Origin: Psammoneis japonica | Taxonomy: Eukaryota | Reading direction: 5' to 3' | DNA length: 64,000 bases | NCBI GenBank assembly: GCA_008632985.1 | Contig: QPGO01000088.1 | Coordinates: 248,001-312,000 of the forward strand | Position numbers and translations under genes: made by a program | Shown: one piece after another, positions 14,061-25,093 of the stretch | Layout: each line of letters opens with the position of its first letter | Numbering within the stretch: the first letter of the stretch is position 1 | The notes under the pieces: generated by a model | Databases searched by the model: none | The model's input: the letters and a program-made list of their open reading frames with translations, nothing else | Told to the model about the DNA's origin: nothing

Positions 14061-14731
14061 ACAACTTCCAAAGAATTTCAAAGATGCTGCCCAATTCACC
14101 GCAGTGAGCACTCTGGTTGATCTCCTTGCCTGGCATTTGATTTGCTCCTTGACATCAGGAAGAGTGGCCTTCCAAAGAGACCAGTGTGATGGCCACTGTT
14201 GCCACAGTGTCCTTGATCCTTGTCCACTTCCAACCAGTCCAGCTCTACATCAAGATTGCGCATGGTTTCATTCTGCTCGAGGCTGTTCACACGCGCTGAA
14301 ACCAGTTGCTTGCTGGTCTCGAGGCTGCCATTTGCATTGCCCAACACATCATCAATGACCTTTCTTGCATCTTTCACTTTTTCCAACCGCTCTTTCCAAC
14401 ATTGGATGGTTCCTTTTGGAGCCTTGGGGAAGAGAGAAAGAAACGAATCCAAGACTTTGTCGTCATCGTGTGTGTGTTCACTGTCTGCATCTGCAGCGGC
14501 GGTGGTGCTGGTCATGACGACATGCTGACTGGTGCTGTTGGCACTCCCCCCCCCCCCCCCCCCGCCACTGCCTTTTTCCAACTCGAGAGCAAGTAGAATC
14601 ATCGTTGCTTTCGAGATTTTGTGTCATGTTGGAAGTTGCCATGATGACTGCGATGAGTGTGGTGCAGGGTGCACGAAGAGAAGACACCGGTGGGCTGACC
14701 AAGGGACGGGATTGCACTGGATTTCTATGAG

Positions 14732-14981
14732 GAAATCAGTGCTGACATGACAACATCAAAAACCGTCAGCTCCATGGAGCTCCTCAGATGCCATTGTCTC
14801 AGAATGTGGTGGGGGGCATGACCCGGTCTCAAGGCCACATGAGCACAAGTTTGCCTGACAAATGAAAATGTGTTTGAGACTGGGTCATGCCCCCCATTGG
14901 ATTTTGAGACAATGGCATCCAAAGAGCACCATGGTGCCTCGTGCTTCACCATGTTGTTTTGTCATCAAAAGGACAGATTTC
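14732..14981. repeat. Imperfect inverted repeat, MITE-like
   Basis: Left arm GATGCCATTGTCTCAGAATGTGGTGGGGGGCATGACCCGGTCTCAA (~14787-14831) matches the reverse complement of TTGAGACTGGGTCATGCCCCCCATTGGATTTTGAGACAATGGCATC (~14874-14919); weaker pairing extends outward. Confidence 0.75.
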
Positions 14982-15189
14982 AGACTGTTTTTGCTCACGA
15001 ATCATGTCAGCAATTCAGTCGGCAAGAACCCAAAAGTTTCCCTGTGTAGAAAATGCACCAATGGTCTGATTGTCTTCCGCTTGAATGGACCAAAATGCCA
15101 ACAGCACTCTTCATCACAACTCGTCGCCACCTGCTGAGGCCACAGCAGCAGTTGCAATTTTGATGAGAGAGCAACATTCGCCATCACAC

Positions 15190-18100
15190 TGTGGCTGCCA
15201 TCCCTCCTGCAGCTGCCGGCGGTGCACCTCCAGCGCTGCCCAAAACACATCACGACAAATGGATGGCCCAAGGAGATCACTTGGGCAGGGAATGTGCCGA
15301 CCTCTTCAGACACTGCGGCGCCACGGTTCCTGCCACCGTGCCTTCTGCCCTCCAAAGGCCTTCCTTGCTTTGGTTCATCACGGAGCAGGGTGTTGCATCA
15401 CCTGTGTCCACAGGCCCTCTGTGTGCATTCGTGACCCGGCAGACACCTCCCCTTGGGACGGACATGCACCTTGCTTCCAGGACAACATGCTGCCCGGGAA
15501 CTTCATCACTGTTCTCAAATTCCCCAACATGCCGTTCAATGCCATCGGTCCTCAGGTGGTGCCCACCGCAGCCAACATGGCCGCCTTAGAAAGCACGTCA
15601 CTCAATGACAATGATTTGATCCCACTGCAGACAGGCAGCGCACTGGATGCTGATGCCACTTGTGTGCCTGCTTGATCCAAGTGCCACATGCCTGTTTGCA
15701 CCTCATGCTCACACAGGACCTCATGCTGCTGCAAGCTTGCGCGGGAACTCGCAGGAGTGATCCAAAATGAAGGTCATGCAGGAGACCTCAGCCTTCTCAT
15801 GGACTGGCCACATGCAGTGCTCACTGCACATGCCACTGCCAATCTGGACCCGGTGCACTGCCCAGGTGACCAAGCCACCACCTGCCTCCACCAGCCATGG
15901 ATGCAAGCCTGCAAGAACACCGTTGGCAGATGCTGCTGCAGGACTTGCCCACATTGAACACTGCAGCCATCAACAACACCAACTGGGTGCCAGCATTTGC
16001 CAATGTCATCCGAGCCGATGCCGCGCGCAACAAAGCAATGCATGCTGCAGCTGCAGCTGCGGCCGCAGTGCCCAAGATGCCATTGGAAGTGTTCCTGCAA
16101 AATGCCACCAGTGTGGCTGCTGCTGTCGAGTGCACCAGATGACATGGCCTTGCCAGACCTGTGCCAGACGTGGGCGAACAGCACCAAGGCCGAGTGACAT
16201 CGATGCTTTGCACGCACCCTGGATGACAGGATTTGAACAAGATTTTAGTTTGTCACACATGATTGTGTGTGCTCTCAGTTCCGCGTGCGTCACGCGATGT
16301 AGTTTGCTTTCCGAGCCACAGAGCTCACAAGAACAACAACAGCAGCACCAACATCATGACACCAGTCTTTCGGCTCCTGTGACGGTCTCTGCATGGAGAC
16401 TCATCTGCTGTTTAGACAGCAGCAAGGAGTCATTGTTTTCTTCCACCCAGTCATCTTCATTTTCTGTCAGATTGACAGTCTTGCTCTTTGTTGTCCATTG
16501 AGCGTTCATCATCGTCATCGAGAAATTTTTCGACGACGCGCACCGTTGGCGGTGGAAGCACACATCTACCTTCTTCACTGCTGGATGCTGGATTAAATCT
16601 GCATGTTTGGATTTATCCGACACCTCCCATCGTTGGACACATTTGTTCAACGGATGTTTCTTTGGCCAGGAATTCCTGAATTCTCAGACATCTGAGATCC
16701 CGGATTCCTTGCAGTGGATCCTGCCAACACATCCGCACGCGTTCATGTGCACACAACACAAATCCCTAACTCTGGCTCTGCTCCACACATGCCAAGTCTA
16801 CTGCCTTGCATCTGCACCGGATTGCTGGTCTTCAAATTGCCCAACCTGGCTCTCAATGTCCACCGACGTGATGAACCCGTTGCCACCGACACTGTCTGCT
16901 CCAACACCCCTGCCATTGACTCTGGCTGCACCAGTGCCCAGCTCTTTGTCAGCACGGAATCTCTCATCACCGACGTGCATGGCACCAAAACTGACAAAGA
17001 ATTTGTCAATGCCCTCGAAGACAACATTCACAATCGTGGTGCCCCATCCAAGCTCATCAGCGACCGTGCTCAGGTTGAGATCAGCAACAAGGTTCTTTGC
17101 ATCCTTCATGCCCTCTTCATCTCTAGTTGGCAAAGCAAGCCCCATCACCAGCATCAGAATTTTGCTGAACGCCGCCACCAAACTGTGAAGACCATGGCCA
17201 ACACCATCATGGATCGCTTCGGTTCCCCGGCTTGCACCTGGCTGCTCGCCCTGATGTGCGTGTGTTTGTGCTCAACCACACGGCATCTGCCAAGCTCCAC
17301 TGGCGTGCCCCCACCAAGGTGCTGTCCGGCTCCACTCCTGACATCAGCCCGCTCCTCCACTTTCAATGGTGGGAACCCATGTGCTGCCACCTGGATGATT
17401 CTGACTGGCCGTCCGAATCCCATGAATTGCGTGGTCGCTTCATTGGCATCGCCGAACACGTTGGTCACCAAATGACATTTAAGATTCTTTCTGACGACAC
17501 TCAGAAGATTCTCTGCCATTCCAACGTGCACTCTGCCCATGATCCGTCTGCTCCAAACCTGCGTCTTGATCCTCCTGACAAGGAATCTGCTGACTCTGTC
17601 ATTGAATCCCGCCACGACTCCAAGAATTCGCCAGATTCACCAGATGGGGAGGCGATCAGGATGCCCAAAATGCCGGTCTTTGACCCCGAGGACATCACAG
17701 GACGCACCTTCCTCATGAAGCCACAAGAGGATGGACAACGCCACAGAGCCCGCATCGTCTAAGCCATTGAGGACCACGACTGGAAAATCGGAGGCAATCC
17801 TGAACTGGTCAAGTTCATTTGCTCCATCAACAATGACGAGTGCGAGGAAGTCCCAGCCTGCAACGACATCATGCACCACATTGAGCAAGAAGACGAGGAC
17901 TCAACTCTCTGGAAGTTCCGACGCATTGCATCTCACGAAGGACCATTGCGACCCCATGATCCCTCTTGGAAAGGCTCAAGCTACAACGTCATGCTTGAAT
18001 GGGAGAATGGGGAGATCACGTCCGAACCCCTTGCCATCATTGCCAAGGATGACCCCGTCACCTGCGCCATCTACGCGCGTGAGCACGGCCTTCTAGAAAC

Positions 18101-19900
18101 CGAAGGATGGAGACGTTTTCGCAAGATGGCACTTCGTCAGAAGAAGCCATTCCGCATGGCCAACCAAGCCAAGTTGCGCTCCTTTCGCTCTGTGCCATGA
18201 TGCAAGCATGGGCATGAAGTGCCATGGGACTACAAGCATGCCATGGCCCTTGATGAGTGCAACGGCAACCGCAAGTGGGGAGACACAACGGACCTCGAGA
18301 TGACTCAACTTGATGAGCACGAGGTCTTCCACGACTGCGGACACCACAAGGATTCCAGTGCTCCATCAGGACACAAGAAGATCCGGGTGCATCTCGTCTG
18401 CGATGTCAAACATGACGGACGGCACAAAGCAAGGCTTGTTGCTGATGGACACCTCACAGACGTGCCCGTCAACAGTGTCTGTTCCGGAGTGGTGTCCCTC
18501 CGTGGCCTGCGAATGATGACATTCCTGGCCGAACTCAATGAACAAGAGACCTGGGCCACTGACATTGGGAATGCCCACCTTGAAGCTGCGACCAAGGAGA
18601 AACTGTACATCACAGCAGGCCCCGAGTTTGGTGACCTGGAAGGACACATCCTTGTCATCCACAAGGCCTTGCATGGACTCCGCAGCTCCGGCCTCAGATG
18701 GCATGAACGCTTTGCCGATTGCTTGCGTGCTGAAGGCTTCTTCCCATGCAAGGCCAAACCCGACATCTGGCTGCACAGGAATGGCACGGGCTCAGGAGCC
18801 TGACGCGGCATCCCGCATTGCACCCATCGCATCCAAGGAGCTCTGTGAGATGGTCCTCCAAGGCAAGGTTGCACAGCACGTCCACCAAGCAAATGACTTG
18901 TCCGGCGGCGTGTCTCCCTTCACATGTGGGTTCTTCATGACTGGCCAAGGATCCTCAGTGCAAGTCTGCACGGAGTGCTGCAACCTCTCCCTGGCTGGAA
19001 ATCTCACCCCCATGGTTGCGGAACAAGAGGAGTTCTGCACCAAGGACACACCATTGTTGATGTCCACATGCCACTGTGGCAGCATGCTCCAGGGCACCAG
19101 CTTGGTTTTGGATGTCATCCAAGGTGAGAACCACCCGCGTGCTGCAGCCTTCCGTCAGTTCTGTCTGGAGGACTGGCACAACATGGTCGACCCACTGGAG
19201 CAACCCAGAACATTGTTGGGGGAAGGCAACATCCCACCCAGCATTTGCCGAGAGGTGCAGATGCTCGCTGCAATTCATGGTGACCTTCTTCCCAGCAGTG
19301 CAATGGCAGCTGCATCTTTGTTCACCATGCATCCGGTCTCACATCCTCATTGAACACCAAGTCTGTTTCTCTGCTGTCCAAAGCACGGGTCTGAGCAAAG
19401 CAAGCACATCACAAGACCATGGCTGTTCTGGATCACGGCATGATTGTCCAATCTTGCCTTGCCAACAGAAGCACTTTCAAAGCCAGCCAATTTGTTTCAC
19501 ATGCCAATGGCTCCCAACAATGCACATGCTTCTGTGGCACAAATGCTCATCTTCAAAATGGAGCTGCAGCATGTTGACTTGGTTCAGCACTCTTGGTGCC
19601 ACTGGGCTTTGTTCTGCCAATGTCTGCACTGGCTGCACCATCCCACACCAGCACTTGCATGATCCGCACATGCTGCAATGTTGTTCTGTCCATGTTTTTG
19701 AGCTTGCAGGAAGGCACGAAACTTCTGCACAATGGCAGCAATCTCTCATTGTGATGGCATGCCTTCTGGGGCTCCAGCAGCACCCACGCCAGTGGCAAGG
19801 TCTCTTTTGGCCCTGAGTCAGATGAGCTCACCCAAGTCCTCCAACAAGTCAGCTCTGGCCGTGGACACTTGACCATCTGCAAGTCAGCCATTGTCTGCTC
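15190..19900 (+). mobile_element. Decayed gag-like ORF of a retroelement (possibly DIRS/Ngaro-type), interrupted at ~16225-18783
   Basis: Peptide ...LPDLCQTWANSTKAE*HRCFARTLD ends at ~16224 and a compatible frame resumes at ~18784 as ARAQEPDAASRIAPIASKELCEMVLQG...NDLSGGVSPF. Superfamily is a guess from recalled similarity. Confidence 0.4.
16830..18783 (+). mobile_element. Ty1/Copia (diatom CoDi-like) pol fragment: integrase core to N-terminal RT, pseudogenised
   Basis: LNVHRRDEPVATDTV..., RGAPSKLISDRAQVEIS, HQNFAERR (integrase); WKFRRIASHEGPL, VMLEWENGEITSEPL; KIRVHLVxDVKHDGRHKARLVADGH, WATDIGNAxLEA, ALxGLRSSG, PDIW (RT). INT-before-RT order; stops at ~17760 and 18198; frameshift ~17270. No LTRs seen. 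Confidence 0.92.
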
Positions 19901-20815
19901 CATCCACGCCACCATCAACAGCTGTTGACATTCTTGATGTGTCTTTCTGCCAACTCCACCACAACATCTGCTGTGCCATGCACCAAGCCACTTGCTTCTT
20001 CTGTGCTCCAAGAACTTTTGCACAGTTGCAGCAAAGTCCTGGCAACAACAAATGGCTGCATTGATTGCTCCATTGATGCCAACTTTGATGATCCCTGTTG
20101 CGGCCAAAAAGACTCTCAAAACCTGGCAAACATCAAGTCTCACACCAGACATTTCATCTTGTGGTGCAAACAAGCCAATGTCCTCTTCTGTGGGTTTCTG
20201 AGCTGCAGATCCAGGTTGCACTTTTTGCTGTGGAAGCCAAGCATCTGCCACCACTGGCAACAGTCAGTGCACGACTTGATGCTGTGACCAGCAAAATTTT
20301 GAAACGGCTTCAGCTTCATGCACCACTCAGGTGCAAGAGCTGCAAGACACAAAATGCCACCAAGTCCAAGGCCTTTCTGCTGATGTAAAAGATGGAACAA
20401 TCTTGTCTTCAATTGTGCACAAGGACAGGCAAGTGTGCCTCAAGCTCTGAAAAATGCTGTTGGAGCTTTTGCCATGGTGCCAGCAAGCACACTGGCATTC
20501 CTTGTCACCACTGGTTCTGCCTGAGCTTGCAGGAACTGGTTCCCAGCTTGCTGATCAATTTACAAAGGGACTTGCTTTCAAGTCTGAATCTGGTCGGTTG
20601 ATCTTTTTGGTGGTGGTTTGGTTGCGTTGAGAGGGAGAGTTGACGTCTGTCTTTCATCCTTTTCATCCAAGCGCGACAAGGCGCGTTTCAAATTCGAAAC
20701 TCCTCCAAATTCCCCCATCAAATCTCTTTCAGTTACAATTTTCAGTCAGTACCTTATGCAAAAACAAGCTTTACTAGTTTACAACCTTGAGCTTCTGCTC
20801 ATTCAATGTCATAGG

Positions 20816-22414
20816 TTACATATCAAGTTCATGATCTTCGTGGATCGTTGCAAGGTGATGTTCGTCCTCTGAGTCTGAGGAGTCATACAAATCTATACTT
20901 GGGTCAGCAGATTCGGTGTCTTCACTAGCACCCGGCGTGGCATCTCCAGTATTGTCGTTTGCGTTAGGCTTCAAGGGCAACGAGGCATCCTCATAGATAT
21001 GCCACTTTGCCTGCATGTGTAAACAATGAATCAGCACCGTTTCAATGAGTAAACTGAAACCTCGAAATGCAAGGTATGAAGTGTCAGTTGCATCATCTGC
21101 TCTCACCTCGTTATTCATATCGATGTTCCGATCCTTTCCCTCCTTCACAGCGGCCTTTGAATTCCCCACGGGCAGCTCCGTTTCGTCGTCGCTTGCGCAC
21201 ATATCAACAAAGATGCGAGACAGCTCCGTTTCGTCGTCCTTCACGTCGTTTGCGGCAGGCTTCAAGGGCAGCGAGGCATCATCACCGACATGTCCCTTTG
21301 CCTACATGTGTAAACAACATACCAGCACGTTTCAATGAGTGAACTGAAACCTTGAAATGCAAGGCATGAAGTATCAGTCGCATCATTTATACTTACCTCG
21401 TTATTCACATCGTCGTTCCCATCCTTTCCCTCCTCCACGTCATTTGAGACAGGCTTCAAGGGCAACGAGGCATCATTATCAACATACCCCTTTGCCTGCA
21501 TGTGTAACAATAAACCAGCACCGTTTTAGTGAGTGAATTGAAACCTTGAAATGCAAGGTATGAAGTGTCAGTCGCATCATCTATACTTACCTCGTTATTC
21601 ATATCGGCGTTCCCATCCTTTCCCTCCTCCACGTTATTTGCGGCAGGCTTCAAGTGCAACGAAGCATCATCATCGACATGCCCCTTTGCCTGCATGTGTA
21701 GCAATAAACCAGCACCGTTTTAGTGAGTGAACTGAAACCTTGAAATGCAAGGTATGAAGTATCAGTTGCATCATCTTTACTTACCTCGTTATTCATATCG
21801 TCGTTCCCATCCTTTCCCTCCTTCACGGCAACCTTTGAATTCCCCGCGGGCAGCTCCCTTTCGTCGTCGCTTGCGCACAGATCAACGAAATTGAGAGACA
21901 GTTCCGTTTTGTCGTCGTTTGCACACAGATCAACACAATCGCGACGCTGCTCCATTCTGTTGTCGCTTGCGCATCGACCAACATCAAAAGGCCGCTCTGT
22001 TTCGTCGTCGCTCGCGCATAGATCAACAAAATCGCGAGGATTTTCTGGAACTTCGGGAACATATGCTGTAACGTCGTCGTACGAAACCCGAGGAATCATG
22101 CACTCTGGTGCAGGATGTTTCTGCGGGGCTGTGTGATGAAGTTTCAATTCGACGGCCAACCGATTGAGGTCGTCCTCTCGGTTTTCCCTTTGTAACATGG
22201 CAACGTGTTTCTTCAGCCGTTCATTGTCCTTGACTTTAGGCAAAGCTTCAATTAGTGACGGGTCGGAGAATGCTGTCGATTGCTTTCCACTGCGACTTGA
22301 TCGCATTACCACATTCCGCTTTTCTACAAAATCCTTTCGAGCTTGTTGCACATATTCCTCGTCGTCCAGATGACGTAGAACCTCTTGTTCATGTCTGTCG
22401 TCCTCCATTGGCAT
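20816..22414 (-). CDS. Acidic repeat protein with multiple SIM-like (F/V)VDLCASDDE motifs; 5 exons
   Basis: ATG 22414; introns 21690-21784, 21496-21590, 21302-21396 (each 95 bp, GTAAGT...YAG) and 21011-21106 (96 bp, GTGAGA...CAG) restore one continuous frame with exons of 99, 99 and 195 bp. The 3' end may splice further. Confidence 0.75.
20966..21840. repeat. Intragenic tandem repeat; 194-bp unit = 99-bp exon + 95-bp intron; four related copies
   Basis: AGGCTTCAAG(G/T)GCA at 20966, 21257, 21451, 21645. Confidence 0.92.
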
Positions 22415-23315
22415 TTTCCTTTGTTTCTTCTCAACTGTGCTGCAAAACAGTTGCACGATGGCAATGCTGAGTTAGACGCAATGTCGCTGACAGTGATAAA
22501 TGAAATGGAGAGGCAAAGTAACTAGTGCTGAACCGAGGCGTGCTCTTGACTTTGTTTCAAAAATCGTAGAGAGTCAAGCCCTTTCCATGATTCGTGACGA
22601 AGATGCAAGGAGCTACACTTACACTCGGAGTATAATATCAGCAGCAACGCAGCAACAACAACGGCAAGCGTTTCGCGTTGGAGTTTCGAGTGTGGTGATG
22701 GAAGCGATGACAGTTGTTGTTGTTTTGAAAGCGACGCGCGCTTGGATCGCATGACGAACTTTGGGACGTCATTGTGACGTTGACGAACCGGATCTTTTGT
22801 TTTTTACCGCCGTCACCAAAAAAGGTCTTTTCTGTGTGTGCCACTGCCTCCCCTCCTTGCTTCCTGCCACTTCAAGGTTTTTCTGTCACAGGGTGCTCTG
22901 GAAGATCACTGTTCTTTTTTTGTGCATGCTGCAGTTGCATCGCCAATCATTGCCAACAGGCGCGATGATGCTTGTTCGACCCCGGGAGCCTGTGCACAAA
23001 ATGCGCACACAATGCGCACAAAATGCGCACACCTCTGTAGAAAGATACTCGGATTGTACGGAGGCAGGTGGACGCTCCAACGGCCGCTTTACGGACGCTC
23101 CATGGCCACATCCACGCGCGCGCCACCCAGAGCCACGCACCGCACCACATCACATGCCCGCCGTCGACCGCACGGCGAACAGCAATCAACACCTGGAAGC
23201 TCAAACCAAATGACAACCAACGCGAGATAGAGCTGCAGAGTAGGACTATCTCAAAGCAACCCTTGAAATCGTCGTACTCTTCCAGCTAATCACATTTCTG
23301 CAATTCATATGTACA

Positions 23316-25017
23316 ATGATAAATCGAAATCGGACAAACCACTGCTTCACTTTTTCGGCATGCTGCGGTACTTTTCTAATCTTGTTGATGAGCATTCGGT
23401 GCGGGACCGAGGCGTCTCCGCCAATCTTCTCTGTACGAGGACCGTCAAAATTGATTTCTTCGTATTCATCCCTTTCGTACGGCTCACTGATAGAGGTTCG
23501 CGGAGGCGGCTTCTCGGACGAAGATGACAATGTCGGGGACCTGGCAGATGCTCTTGACGAAGACGTCGACAGCGACAGTACAGAAGAAATCGAAGAAAGT
23601 GCAGATGCTGAGAGTACATTGGTCTCTATTACAAGGAAAGTGGTCATTGCATTTGGAAAAACGACGTTTGCGACGTTATCTGCGTTGAAACGTGCCATCG
23701 TCGCCGGTTTTCAAGCGGGCGAAGAAGGTGTGACAGAGGAAGACGGAGAGACCGAAGAAGAGCCATCAGCGTTGTCAAAAGTCGTGAAGGTATTGAAGCG
23801 CATGTGGAAAGCCGCATTTGCTTCGCCAGAATCTACTGTAGTGGAAGAAAAAAATAGCTCGTCGGTTAAGAAACAAAGGAGCGAGCAACATCAAGAAAGA
23901 ATGAAACCTAAAGTGACAGATTTTGGAAGCTATTTGGCAAATACCTACAACGTCGATTTGGATCACGAGGACGACGAGAATAGAACACCAGTCATTGGAG
24001 GAACGCTCGGCGATGCTCTCCGTGAGGCGCGTTCACAGGCTAAATTATTGGTTGTGTTCATTCCTGCGTCACAACCCGGCCGTGGCAGAAAGACTAGTTC
24101 CGATAAACTTGCAATAACGAGTCTCCTGAGCAAGGAAGTGTCGGATGCAGCGAAAAAGCGCGCAAAGAAAAAGGTAGATTCTGGCTCGTACAAACTCTGG
24201 GGGGCAAAGGCGGGATCTCCCGAGGCAGTGACAGCAATAAAACGGCTACGCGCTAAACAACTAGGAGGAAAAGGAGACAAGCGTCCGATGTTGTTGGTCG
24301 CATATCCTGCACAGGTACGGCTCACCAGCACTGCTTTTCCAACCAAGTGTCATTTGCTCTCATGCGTTTCGTTTGTGTTGCATAAAGGTTGTGGACTCAT
24401 CAGGAAAACCAAAGTTAGTACCTCGTCTTGTTGCACAGCACCACTGCAGTCCACCCCCTTCCGCTGAATCAATGGCTGCATGGCTTAACGCGCTTCGGAA
24501 ACGGCACTCCAAACAGTACAGCTCCATGCAACACGAGCTAAAGGAGATAGAGCTATACAAAGAACGCCAGGAAGGATATCGAAGCAGCATCGTCAGTGAC
24601 TTACAGCGTCAAGAAGAGGAAAAGAAAAAAGAAGAGGAGAGGCTGGCATCCGAAGAGGCGGAGAGAGAACGGCTGGAGCAGTTGGAGCGACGGCGAGAAG
24701 AGTTGAAGGCTTCGCTTCCCGAGGAGCCAGGGAAGGAAGTTAGAAATGCAATAACAATTGCGCTACGATTTGCTGACGGACGCACGGGTCAGAGAAGATT
24801 CACCAACGATACTCAAATTGCTACCGTATTGAATTGGGTTGACGCTACGTATGAGATGGAACGTGAAACAGTGATTCTTACTACGATGAATGGGCAGAAA
24901 TCGTTTTCCTGGAAGGATTCCGAATTGGAATTCGGCGAAACGGGTTTGGGAAGAATGACTGGGCTTCGAGTGTCACAAGAAAAGAATGACACGGAAACTG
25001 AACCTCTTGCCCAGTAG
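23316..25017 (+). CDS. UBX-domain protein (UAS-like region, coiled coil, C-terminal UBX) with possible N-terminal signal
   Basis: Intron 24315-24387 (GTACGG...AAAG) joins the two ORFs in frame; LPEEP...ITIALRFADGRTGQRRF...VLNWV is a typical UBX start; hydrophobic N-terminus followed by VRGGG. Confidence 0.8.
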
Positions 25018-25093
25018 TGAGTAAATGAAGCTTGGCGTGAGCTAGAGTTGTTCGAGAATATAGCTAGGGAGCATGGCAGTATCTACACGATCT

